A stretch of DNA of 64,000 nucleotides from Reclinomonas americana ATCC 50394 (taxonomy: Eukaryota), in contig PS015033.1 of NCBI GenBank assembly GCA_048213135.1, forward strand, positions 1 to 64,000, in the 5' to 3' direction. The notes beneath the pieces are model-generated. The model was not told the origin of the DNA, did no database searches, and was given only the letters and a program-made list of their open reading frames with translations. Position numbers and translations under genes: made by a program. Positions within the stretch are counted from its first letter, which is position 1. The number at the start of each line of letters is the position of its first letter. Positions 31,308-43,200 of the stretch are shown here, one piece after another.

Positions 31308-32422
31308 TCACATCCACATCCAAGGATCATTGTGGCATCGATGAAGAACGACAGCTGCCTCCTCGACAATGAAACAGCGGAGAACCATCTCTGGCAGGCA
31401 CCGTGAATCCGGTTCTTCCTCCTCTCCCTCCATCATCGCCTTGCGCTGCATCTCCTGAACTGCGCGCATGGCCAACCGAGCCACATCGAGCTCCAGCCGA
31501 GCGAGGCCACATGGCGAGGACCACACTCGCACAGTATCGTCCCAGCTGCCGCTGACAATGTGCTGGCCGCAGCGAGAGACGGCGACACAAGTCACTTCTT
31601 TTGTGTGACCTCTCAGTTGCCGTGCATCCTGCTCTTCACTCGCCAAGGACCACACACGCACAGTCTTGTCACAGCACCCACTCACGACGTGCTGGCCATC
31701 GGGAGTAACGGCAACAGAATACACCAAACGACTGTGATCCAACATTCGCATCTCCTCGCCACTCGCCAGAGACCAAATACCCACAATGCCGTCTTCGCAT
31801 CCACTCACTGCGTGCTGACCGTCGGGAGTGACAGCGACTGATCGCACCCGGTCAGTGTGGCCCTCGAATCGTAACACTTCCTCCCCACTCGCCCACGACC
31901 ACACCCGCGCAGTCCTATCCTCGCTGCCAGTGACAATGCGTTCCCCGTCGGGAGTGACGGTGACAGCAAACACCACACTTTGGTGTCCCTCCAATCGTCT
32001 CACCTCATCGCCACTCGCCAACAGCCAGATTCGCACTGTGCTGTCCCTACCCCCACTCACAACGTACCCACCGTCGGGAGAAACGGCGACAGACCACACC
32101 TCATCTGTGTGTCCCANNNNNNNNNNNNNNNNNNNNCGAACCGCCGCAGTTCTCTCCCACTCGCGAGTGACCATACTCGCACTGTCTTGTCGCTGCTCCC
32201 ACTGACCACGTGCATGCCGTCGGGGGTGACGGCCACTGCCAACACCTCACCAGTGTGCCCCTCCAACTGTCGCACTTCTTCTCCACTCGCCATGGACCAC
32301 ACTCGCACGGTCTTGTCGTTGCTGCCACTGACCACGTGCATGCCATCGGGAGTGACGACGACAGACCAAACAAAGTCATAGTGTCCGCGAATGATCTTGC
32401 AGGAGAGAGGCGCAGATGACAT
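31308..32422 (-). CDS. Intronless WD40 protein with conserved tail, paralogue W7 (N gap at 32117-32136)
   Basis: Starts MSSAPLSCKIIRGH; seven repeats across the gap plus tail. Confidence 0.9.
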
Positions 32423-32758
32423 GCTGGGAGTGTGAGGAGAGGAGGGTGGAATGGAGAACAAGAGAGAGGTGTGCGCAATCGTGCGCGCCGAATGTNNNNN
32501 NNNNNNNNNNNNNNNNNNNNNNNNNNNNNNNNNNNNNNCGGTGCGTGTGGAGGGGACGTGGGACCACAGTGCAAAGTCTACTTCTCTTACGGTGGGCGTG
32601 GTAGCGTGACTCCCCATGCGTATCAGCTGCTCCTACTGCCACCACACTGGCAACGAAAGGCCATTCATTATCCATATTGATTCCACTTTCATTTTTGACG
32701 GGTTTACTTGGACCACTTCCCTCTTTTTCTCTCTTCTGAAGTATCCAGACACTGCAAC

Positions 32759-33893
32759 TCACATCCACATCCGAGGATCACAGTGACATCGATGAAGAAC
32801 GACAGCTGCCTCCTCGACGATAAAACAGCGGAGAACCATCTCTGGCAGGCACCGTGAATCCGGTTCTTCCTCCTCCTCCTCCGTCGCCTCACGCTGCATC
32901 TCTTGAACCGCGCGCATGGCCAACCGAGACACGTCAAGCTCGAGTTGAGCGACGCCACGTGGCGAAGACCACACTCGCACAGTCTTGTCGTAGCTTCCAC
33001 TCACAACGTGCTGACCGCAGCGAGAGACAGCGACTGAAAGCACCCACGAAGTGTGTAGCTCCAGCCGTCGCACCTCCTCTCCGTTCTCCATANNNNNNNN
33101 NNNNNNNNNNNNTTTACACCGTGCGGTCAACACGTGGTGAGTGGCAGCCTTGACAACACGGTCCGCGTGTGGTCAGTGGCGAGCGGAGAAGAGGTGCGAC
33201 GTCTGGAGGGACATAATGGAGGGGTGTGCGCGGTCGCCATCGCTCCCGACGGTCGCCACGTTGTCAGTGGGAGTGACGACAAGAGCGTGCGCGTGTGGTC
33301 ACTGGCGAGTGGGGAAGAGGTGCAAAGGATGGAGGGGCACGCGGGATGGGTGCAGTGTGTCGCCGTCACTCCCAATGGTCAGCATGTGGTGAGTGGGAGT
33401 TTGGATACGACGGTGCGAGTGTGGTCNNNNNNNNNNNNNNNNNNNNGGCGACGCAAAACACCACTCCCGTGTGCCCCTCCAAGCGCCGCACTTGTTCGTC
33501 TTTTCCACTTGCCCATGACCACACCCGCACTGTCTTGTCATAACTCCCGCTCACCACCAGCCGACCGCAGGGTGAAACAGCCACCGATCGCACCGCCCCA
33601 GTGTGCCCCTCCAGCCGCCGCACCTCTGCACCACTCGCCAGCGACCACACTCTCACCGTCATGTCCCAGCTGCCACTCACAACGTGGCGAGCGTCGGGGG
33701 TGAACGCGACAGAAAACACCTCTGCGCTGTGTCCCTCCAGCTGCTGCACTTCTTCTCCACTCGCCATGGACCACACTCGCACGGTCTCGTCGCCACTCCC
33801 ACTGGCAATGTGCTGGCCGTCGGGCGAGATGGCGACCGAGCGCACAAAGTCGGTGTGGCCGCGGATGATCTTGCAGAAGAGAGGTTTGTGCAT
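32759..33893 (-). CDS. WD40 protein with conserved tail, paralogue W8; middle piece 33113-33426 inverted between gaps
   Basis: Starts MHKPLFCKIIRGH. Flipping the middle piece joins ...VFCVA|FTPCGQ... and ...VRVW|MENGEEV, giving seven repeats plus tail. Confidence 0.85.
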
Positions 33894-34190
33894 GATCGTG
33901 CATAGCATCGGAAGAGGGGACTGACAGACGGAAGGGATGTGATGTAGCAGGACGACAACAAGCGACGTTTCACGTGGACGAGGAGTACGTAGCAGGAGGC
34001 AGCACACTTGAGGACACAGAGAGTGTGCGTGCTCACAGGGAGCGGAACGGAAGGACGTGCACGAGGAGCTTTAGCAGAACGCAGTGGACAGCGTCTCACT
34101 CTTAGTTGTTGACGAGCATTGATTGTGTTTTACAAGACATAATCTCGCCAGTGAGAGAGAGAGCTGGATCGCCTCGGGTGACCTCCCAAG

Positions 34191-34840
34191 TTAGAGGTCT
34201 GCGCCACCTCCAATCTCTCCGTCTGGCATTTCCTCGCGCATTTCATGCACAGTCTGTGAATAACAAAGGGATTGTGAGGGAGAAGGAAGAAGGGAGAAGG
34301 AGAGGGTTAAGGACAAGGAGAGAGGGAGAAGACGAAAGGTGAGAGAGGGGGAGAGGGAGAGGGAGAAGGAGAGGGAGGAGGAGAGGGAGAAGGCAAGGGA
34401 GGGAGAAGGCAAGAGGGAGGGAGAAGGCAAGAGGCGAGAGGGAGGGAGAAGGGAGGGGAGGAAGAAAAGGGAGAAGGCGAGAGGGAGAAGGGAGGGGAGG
34501 AAGAAAAGGGAGAAGGAGAGGGAGGAGGAGAGGCTGAGTGGTGGAGACTTCGTGTGTGTGTGTGGAGTGTGTGTGTGTGTGAGTGAGTGTGTGTGAGAGT
34601 CGGAGAGAAAGAAGACGGAATAGGAGTGAGAGTGCATTCTGCATGCACTCTTGTCACCGCACTCACCGTGTGGATGTTCTGACCCGCGACCGTGATGTGC
34701 GGAGAGCTGTGTGTGCGTCGAATGAGTGTGAGTGCACGGAATATCGGAGAGCGCACACTTTCTCTCTCTCAACGCAACACAGTGTGCACCACCGGTGGGG
34801 GTGGGGGAGTGTAGCCGCCGCCGCCGCCGCCGCCGCCCAT
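34191..34840 (-). CDS. Microprotein C (54 aa; exons 34840-34779, 34706-34667, 34253-34191)
   Basis: Spliced product MGGGGGGGGYTPPPPPVVHTVSPHITVAGQNIHTTVHEMREEMPDGEIGGGADL*. Confidence 0.9.
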
Positions 34841-35040
34841 TATATGTCGAGTGTGTTGGGGGGAAAAAGGGGAGAGAGAGGGAGAGAGAGACAGATCGCT
34901 GTTGATTGCGTGCGTGAGTGACTGAGTGAATGGGGCACGCGCACGTGTAAAGTGTTTTGCGAGAGTAAGTTCTCGCACCGTCTACAATTCGCCTTTACAT
35001 TACGTTTTTTCCGAAACTGCAACAACCAATTCACTCATAA

Positions 35041-36367
35041 TCAACCCTGCACTCCGTCACCAGCTTCGAGATGGGCGTTCAACAGAAATCGGCCGACGAT
35101 CGCGTTGAAGTGCCGGCCAGTGTGTGGACCTGCACATAACACCATTTAGAAACACACACAGAAACACACACGCCAGCTGCGCGACAGGCACCATTCTGTG
35201 GGAATAGCGACTCATATTAGCGTTCATCTTCGCGTCACAGCTGGGAAAAAGACAAACACTCACGCACCAACGTAGTGAACTCGAAAAAGCCTTGCATGAA
35301 CTGCGCGGGCAGTGAGTTCAACAGCAATACCCGCGACATCTCCCACCGCACACACACTCACCCCAGCGTCGCTGATGTGCCCGCTGTACGACGTGTATTC
35401 GTGCGATGCTCCGGGCTGCGAGACACAGACACTGAGTTGGCCCAATATGGAGGCGAAAATCTCCAGCGCCGACCGCAAAACGCAACTGCCAGCACCGGCT
35501 GCTCACCGACGACACCGGGGCCCTCGACTACCTGCAACTCACTGTCTACATGCCTAGCAATGTCCCAATGTCGGTTCAGCTGTGGTCTCAACGTCAGTGT
35601 GGATGTCGGAGAAAAAGAAAGGCAACACGAGAGAAACGCACCAGTTGCACGGTATATGGGTGGCTCTCGTTGGTGATGCGGATCGTGTATCTGCGCGAAC
35701 AGAGACGAGCAGGTGAGTGACACAAACATTCTCAAGCATGCATCCCCCTTCTCTCTCCCATCCTCCCCCCACTTTTCTTTTCTGCCTCACGCAACGCATG
35801 AAAGTACTGCGACTCGCCGTCGTCGTCGAGCACGCACTGCTGCGACAACAACACAGTGCGCACTTGCACCCGGATACCCTCGGTCAACTCATTCGAGCCG
35901 AAGTGATACATGGAGTTCTCTCTGGTGCGCTCAACCACGGCAGTTCGAGCTGCACAGTCGCGAGAACACATCAGCGGTGGAGGTGGCGGCGGCGATATGG
36001 GGATTCAGAAGCACACCTAGAATAAAGTTCGCGACGCCGATACGATTGCGATGCAGCAGTGCCGCGAGATGTTGCGCAGGCATGAACACCCCCTTGTCAA
36101 GAACAGGCACGTCGGTGCCCTCAGGCATGGAGATGCGCTGCATGCGCAAGATGTCGTAGTCGTTCTGTTGTGGCAAATAAAAAGAAAGGGAATAAGAAGC
36201 GCTTTCTTTCGTGCTTGAGAGAGAGAGAGAGAGGAGGGAGTGCACACAGCTGCGGCTGCAAGTGTGAACCGTCAGATTTCATTGACAGCACAACTGTGTG
36301 TGAGAGAAAAAGGAGGGTGGAAGGATATAGACTGCAACCGCGACAGGCACAACTGTGCGTGTCACAG

Positions 36368-36411
<44 letters not shown>

Positions 36412-37953
36412 AGTGCACTGCCGTGGCTACAGGAATAATCACACGGACTGCAGTGGCAACACAAGTGCAACAAGCACAAGTGCGAGAATGAGAGAGCGAG
36501 AGAAGACGTGGAGAAGGGAGTGCGTACAGCAGTGGCTTCAGGAGGGAACACCATACGTACACCAACAATACGAGCAACTGGCACAATTGTGAGAGATAGT
36601 GCGATAGGAGACTATGTGCACAGCTATGGCTACAAAAAGAGAATCAGAAAACACCTGCAAAAGGCACAGCAGTACATGAGACAAGATACACACATGCACA
36701 CGAAAAGAGAAAGAGAAGAAGAAAGCGTCGTCTCTCTCTCCTCATTCACCCTCCCTCTCCCTCCCCCTCCCTCCTCCCTCTCCCCTCCCTCACGACGCAC
36801 CTGGTGGTATCTGCCAATCAACGGCAACACCAGCGACAATGGTCTTTCATCATCGCGATACTCGTACACCGTGGAGAAAGCATCCGGGCTCACAGAGAAC
36901 GGACACTCCGGATCGCGCAGGATGGCGATCTGCCGTTGAACGCTAAAGATCTGCAACACCATGTCGGCAAGCAGTCTCCAATCCTGCGCAGATGCATGCC
37001 TGCACGCAACTCGCAGCGGCCCAAACACACCCGGCCATCTCGGCATCGGCTGTCGATCGAGTGCAAGAGCGCCGGCGGGCAGCGGCGGAAACTCTACCGG
37101 AGCTGATGCATCAAACTCTGAACGCACAGAGCCGCAGTGAGTGCGAGGCATTGTCGTCGACCACACAGACCGCACCGCCTGCTCACCAACTGGATTCATC
37201 ACTGACGGACGAATGGTGCGGGGGAGATCCTCCAGCGTCACGTCGAAATCCTCCTCTCCGTCGTGCAGCTGCAGAACACAATGAATCACTCGTGCGCGCG
37301 CGCGCGTGAGGGCACACACATTGACAAGACACACACACACCAAGTAAAACGCCTTCCACTCGGGCGGAAACGAGAACGGCGCCCCAAACCACTCCGTCAC
37401 CAATTGCTCCAGCTCATGCACATCGTCCAGCGAGCAGCCGGGTCGCAGTGTCCTCAACACCGTCGGTGCCACCTGCGAGTACACCTCGTACACGCGATCC
37501 CACACATGCTTGACTGCCACAAAGCACGACTGGTCGAATAGCGCACTTGCTCAGTCATTTGCATGAATGCATGCATGCCTGCAGAGCAAAGGGCGACCAC
37601 TGACCTCGACTCCGCCAAAGTGCGCCTTGTAGCAGCGATAGATGGCCTTTGGTGACACGCCAGGCGGAATCGGAATGACTCGTGCATCTGTTGCCAGTGA
37701 GCGAGTGAGGAAATGCACACCTTTTCGACATACAGAGACTGGTACTGACCAACACCACCCCACACATTCTGTGTGAGGCGAGCCCACACTGCGTCATCAT
37801 CGAGGCACGTCTCACACACGTGATGGCATGTCTGTGTGGTGGAGAGTGAGTGACAGAGAGAGAAGAGAGAGGGAGAGAGACACCAACCAGACTGAGGTTG
37901 AGCACATCGACAGGGCTGTTGACAAAGCCGAGGATCTGTGGCTTGCGAGTGAG

Positions 37954-38009
<56 letters not shown>

Positions 38010-38052
38010 GAGAGTAGANNNNNNNNNNNNNNNNNNNNNNNNNNNNNNNNNN

Positions 38053-38101
<49 letters not shown>

Positions 38102-38229
38102 AGAGAGTGAGTGACGAAACGTGTCGGAGAATATCTGTGAGACAGAGGAGGGTTTGAGCACAGGTGCACTTGGAGAGGAGAGCAACAGTGGAGCTCACCA
38201 GGAGGCAGGCGATTCACAGCAGCTGCCAT
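35041..38229 (-). CDS. FBXO3/SKIP16-like protein: F-box, SMI1/KNR4-like domain, ApaG domain
   Basis: F-box-like NRLPP...QILGFV...VLNLSL.TC...W; SMI1-like TLRPGCSLDDVHELEQ...FPPEWKAFY..HDG; ApaG-like TEGIRVQV, YTIRITN, RHWDI...VEGPGVVGEQPVL.PG..HEYTS, FMQGFFEF, FNAIVGRFLL. Confidence 0.85.
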
Positions 38230-38359
38230 TGGATCTTTCAGAAGGACAGGACTCGCAGTTCACTTGTCTCTCCTCTTTTCCTTCTCTGCCCACACCCGGC
38301 GACGAGAAGAGCAGGACGCCCATTGTTCCCTCTTCCTTTCGCTTCTTTACTTCCCATAT

Positions 38360-38670
38360 CGGACCGCAAACAGCGACCATAGGGACTGCAAAAAGAAGTT
38401 CACTCTCTTTTCTCTTTTCCTCCTATTCCCTTCTTCTCGGCCGCAAACCGTGACAAGAAGGATTGCAAAAAAAGAATTTCACTCTCCTTTCTCCCTTTTC
38501 CTCCTCTTTCCGCCTGCTCCTCCCTGCTTCAGGAACCGCAAACAGTGACAAGAAGGACTGCAAAAAGAAGTTCACTCTCCTTCTTCATATAGATCCTCTT
38601 TCCGCTTTCCTTGCTTCTCTGCCCACTCGCAGTGACAACTTGGACTGCAAGAACGTTCACTCCCCCTTCT
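38360..38670. repeat. Four imperfect copies of a ~45-bp motif separated by pyrimidine-rich spacers (minisatellite)
   Basis: Core ggactgcaaaaagaagttcactc at about 38383, 38460, 38555 and 38642. Confidence 0.8.
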
Positions 38671-38699
38671 TCTCCCCTCCGCCTTCGAATTCTTCCCTG

Positions 38700-40240
38700 C
38701 TACTCGGCCCAAACGCCCTTGGCATCGGTGATACCCGGGGCGCGAAGCAAGCCATGCGCCGGCCACCGCGCCTCATTCGGACCACGCGTGCTCAACTCCT
38801 CCAGCATGGCCTCCCACACGCGCTTCTTCTCCACGCCCTTCAGCAGGAACAACACGGCCGAATCCGCCCGCGACGCCAGCAACCCGAGCGCGGTCGTCGT
38901 TAATGTGACGCGGTCGTGCACCGCAAACGTATCCGTGGTCGTGTGCACTACCGTCTCCGCCGACTGCAGCAACTCACTCGGCAGCCCCGGAAACAGCGAC
39001 GCGTAGTGCCCGTCCGGTCCAAGTCCGTAAACGCAGACAGCGCCCCCGCGACACGCATTAAACGCTTCCTCCAGTCGTCGGGCGTAGTCCGCAGCACATG
39101 CCGAAGGTGATTCCAGGGCTCCACTGGTCTCCGGGAGCACCAGTTGGCACTCACTGCACAAAAGGGGAAAGGGAGTGAGGGAGAGGAAAAGGAGGAGAAC
39201 GAGGAGGAGAAGGAGGAGGAGGAGAAGGAGGAGAAGGAGGAGAAGGAGAAGGAGGAGAAGGAGGAGGAGAAAGAGAAGGAGAAAGAGAAGGAGAAGGAGG
39301 AGGAGAAGAAGAAGAAGAGAGAGAAGAGAGGAAGAAGAAGAAGAGGAGGAGAAGAAGAAGAAGAAGAAGAAGAAAAGAAGAAGGAGAAGAAGAAGAACGA
39401 ATGAGAAGGAGAAGGAGGAGAAGGAGAAGAACAAGAAGAAGAAGAAGAAGAAGAAGAAGAACATGAACAAGAAGAAGAAGAAGAAGAAGAAGAAGAAGAA
39501 CATGAACAAGAAGAAGAAGAAGAAGAAGAAGAAAGAAGAAGCAGAAGGAGAAGAGGAAGAGGAAGAAGAAGAAGAACGAGAGTGAGAAGGACAAGGAGGA
39601 GGAGGAGGAGGAGGAGGAGGAGGAGGAGAAGAAGAAGAAAAGAAGGAGGACAAAGAAGAAGAACAGCAAGAAGGAGGAGAACAAGGAAGAGAGGAGAAGA
39701 CGAGTAAGAACGAGAATGAGAAGGAGGAGGAGGAGCGGGAGAACAAACAAGCAGGAAGGAAGCGCCAGAGGTGGTGGTGAAGAAGACGAGGATTCTCCGA
39801 CACTTGTGCGCAACAGCAAATGCTCGCGAAGTGAGGCCACCAGTGTCTCGTTGAGCAACCGTGTGTTGCTGTCTTTGCTGTCGGGCGGTGTGTACCGCTC
39901 GTCCACCAGGAACACGCACACGCGTGACCAGTCAATGTCCTGCATTCATGCCAACAGTGAGCAGATGACTGCTTCTCTCTCTCTCTCTGTGTCTGTTGCT
40001 CGTAACTGTAATGTGCCCGAGTGCTGTGTACACAGGGCCAGGAGTGGAGCCTCCACTGAGACCAAGCAGCACATTGGATCTGTGTGTGTGTGAGACAAAG
40101 AGAGAGTGTGTGTCAAGAGAGAGACAACTGTGCAACTCTGTGGCGCCCAGTGCGTTGCGCAGTGCCTCCGCAATCACCCCCGTGCATCCACTCACAAAGT
40201 CGTCCACAGTGAGGAACAGCGGAGGAGGAACGCTCGACAT
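38700..40240 (-). CDS. PGLS: 6-phosphogluconolactonase
   Basis: LGLSGGSTP, DWSRVCVFLVDERY...DSN, GLGPDGHYASLFP, RVTLT, LKGVEKK. Confidence 0.93.
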
Positions 40241-40290
40241 CTTCTGTTAAGTTGCTCGACATAAACGAGGAAAATTTGTTGTCTCTGTCT

Positions 40291-43200
40291 TCATTTAAGG
40301 ATCACCACCAAGTGCGACTGACACACATCGCGAACGGCCTCCTGTGCGGCTTTCTCGGAGCTTTCGGAGCGGAAGTTGCCGCGCAGGTCGAGTTTGCGAA
40401 GGCGGGCGGCGGGAGACACCTTTTCGAGGAGCGTTCGGATGTCTGCAGGTAGGGGAGGTGAGCGACTGGTGAAATGAAGCAAACTTGAGCGGCAGCACAC
40501 GCACCGAACGACGTGATGTTGTTGTCCTTGAGGGAGAGTTCGTCGAGGGATCCGTTCGCACCGACAGCGTCGGCCAGCTGCAGTGCAAAGCGAAAACGAT
40601 GAGCTCAAGAAACGCGACAGAGGACTCCCACACTCACTCTCCCTCTTGCCTCCCTTCTATCCCTCTCACCTCCAGCAAATTCTCCCGCGGAATGGCACAC
40701 GAACTCAGATCCAACACGCGCAGCTTGCAATCCTCGCGACACAACCACGACGCGAGAATAGTCGTCGCGCTCTGCGGTCGCGAGTTCTCCAAGTACAGCT
40801 TCTTCAGTTGCGGGTGTTGAGCGAGCACCGGGAAGAGCGACAGGCAGGCGGCCTCCCACAAAAAGTTTTGCGACAGATCGAGCTTTCGCAGTGACCCATT
40901 CTGACCCATGAGCTGGCCAAACTCCGCCTCGGTGAACACGTGCGCGGGGGCGCTCTCTGGCGGTTGCTCTGGCGGCTCAAACTGCGTAGTGCGGGGGAAT
41001 GGAGAGCGTCAGTGGCTTCCTCCTTTCCATCTTCCATCCCTTCCCTTCCCTTCCCTTACCTTACCTTACCTTACCTTACCTTACCTTCCCTTCTCTCCCC
41101 TCCCTTCTCCTCCCCCTCCCTTCCCTTCCCCTTCCCCTTCCGCCGCAACTCTCCCTAATCGATTATCCCGGCAGTCGAGTGTGCGCAGCGTGCAATTCGG
41201 ATGGCCCACCGCCGCGGCCAGCGCACGGCCCACCGTGTGCGCGTCCATGTTGTTGTGCTGCATCGACAATCTCCGCAGGGCGTTGTCGCGCGTGGTGAGG
41301 AACGAAAGGAAGTTCTCGACTCGCTCCTGTCGGCCGACGAAATACATGAGGTCAGCCTGCGGAGTACGTGGGGGTGCAGCATCCCGCGCCACTCACCGCA
41401 TCTGGCGCCTCCTTCACTGTGCTGTTGACCGAGAGCTCCTGCAGAACGCGATTGTAGGCGAGCACCTGGCCAATGGCAGCCAATCCGTCGGCCGTCAAGT
41501 CGTTGTTGTCCAGCACCAGCCTGCAGCGAATAAGGCAAAGTGAGAAGAGTTCAGCAGTCGGGGGCAGGATGTGAAGGACGCACTTTTTGATCGACTGGCT
41601 GGCCTGCAGGAACTCAGTAATGTTGATAACCGCCACGGCCGTGAATCGACACGCATGCACGTCCAACTCTGTCAGCCTGTTGCACAAAACATCTTGTCAG
41701 CCGCGGTGATTGCACTCCTACCACACTCAAATCACTGTCGCAACGTCTTGGAGGGCGCCAGAGCCGAGAAGAGTGTTGCTGCGCCTGCGTCGCCAACCTG
41801 CCGCCATAGAAGGGTGAGCAGCGCGAACACTCACATTCGCGTGTCTTCACACGACGCAACATTGTTCCGCCCAATAATCAATGTGGTGAGCGAGGGAATC
41901 TCCGTCATGGAGATGGCGAGGGCGAGTGAACCGATTCCATTCTGCGTCAGCGAGTTGCCGCTCACGTCCAGGTGGTGCAGTTTGAGAACCTGCAGATTTT
42001 CTTTCGTTGGTCTTCACATTTGCCTTCCACCACACGTTCGCATACACGCACCTTGAGGCCATCCACCAGCGACGAAAAGCCTCCGTCGGAGATCGAATTA
42101 CCGGAAACATTCAACCACACCAGGTACGGACAGGCAAGAAACACTCGCTGCAGCGCCTTGGCACCGGAATCGCGCAGGTTGTTCTTGCTCAAATCTATCT
42201 TGGTGATTCCAGAAAACTGCTGGCCCAGTTGCTCTCTAGTCATGCCAAAGAGTGTGAGATACAGAAACTTAAAAGCACACAGAGCGCGCGACGCAACAAT
42301 GAAGCCACGCTCTCGGAGCCAAGGGTGTTGCTGCCGAGCAGCAGTTCGGTGAATTTGAGATCCTCGCGCAGCCCCTTGAGTTGCTCGCTTCTGTAAAGGG
42401 GCAAGCGGTCACCACAACGCGCCTGCAACCAACAACGCCCATTCCGCACGCAACTGAAAGTGATGCGCGTCCAAAATCGCTCGGATCAAGTTGGTGACTT
42501 CGGGTGCCGTCATGCGTGACTCGCTCACATCCTACAACGCAGTCGCGTGAGGACATGCTAACTCACACCCAAGAATGTGGAGAGTACGATGCGCACCAGT
42601 ACAGTGACATCCTCGTCGCGATCGACACACTTGTCGAGGTGTTTGCAAAAGGACTCGGAGGCCTCCCATCCGGACGCCTCGCACACATCCATGTAGTGTC
42701 CCTTGATGAACTCCGCCCGGGTGGAGAAGCGGAGAAGAAACTGCAGCTCAATGTGAGCTGGCAGAGCAATTCGCTGGGAGATTGTGCGACGCAACGAGTC
42801 GCTCCTGAAACGAGAGATAGAATTCGGGGTCGGGAACGGGGAGACTGACGGCGGGGACAAGATTGTTGGCGCACTGACGATCCGGTGGTGTCAGTTGGTG
42901 ATAACTACATGAATGGAATGAGCGCAATGCACAGGCGCCGGGGGAAAAACAGCACACTCGAATGCGCAACATGGTTAACAACTCCACAATCTGCGTCGAC
43001 ATTTCTGGTGTACACCGGAATTCCGTGGTGGCCGTCTGCACGGACTCCGCGAGATTAGCACGAGCAGATCAATTGAAACAAGAATATGACTCACCCCTCC
43101 CGCCGCCTTGAAGTAAACCAACACCACTCCGAACGCTGAAGCGCTCCACACCTTGAACTTAACATATGGTACATACAACTCGGGTACCTGCGAAAATCGG

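Noticed and set aside
33113-33426. Ninth WD40 gene, or a programmed invertible cassette
   Set aside because: It exactly supplies the missing repeats of W8 and both ends are N gaps, so mis-orientation is the simpler explanation.
35340-35361. Apparent 22-nt intron in the ApaG region
   Set aside because: A downstream acceptor giving a ~62-nt intron yields the better ApaG match (DAG|FMQGFFEF) and fits typical intron size here.
38360-38670. CRISPR-like repeat-spacer appearance
   Set aside because: Repeats are imperfect, spacers are low-complexity and variable in length, the context is eukaryotic and no cas genes are present.
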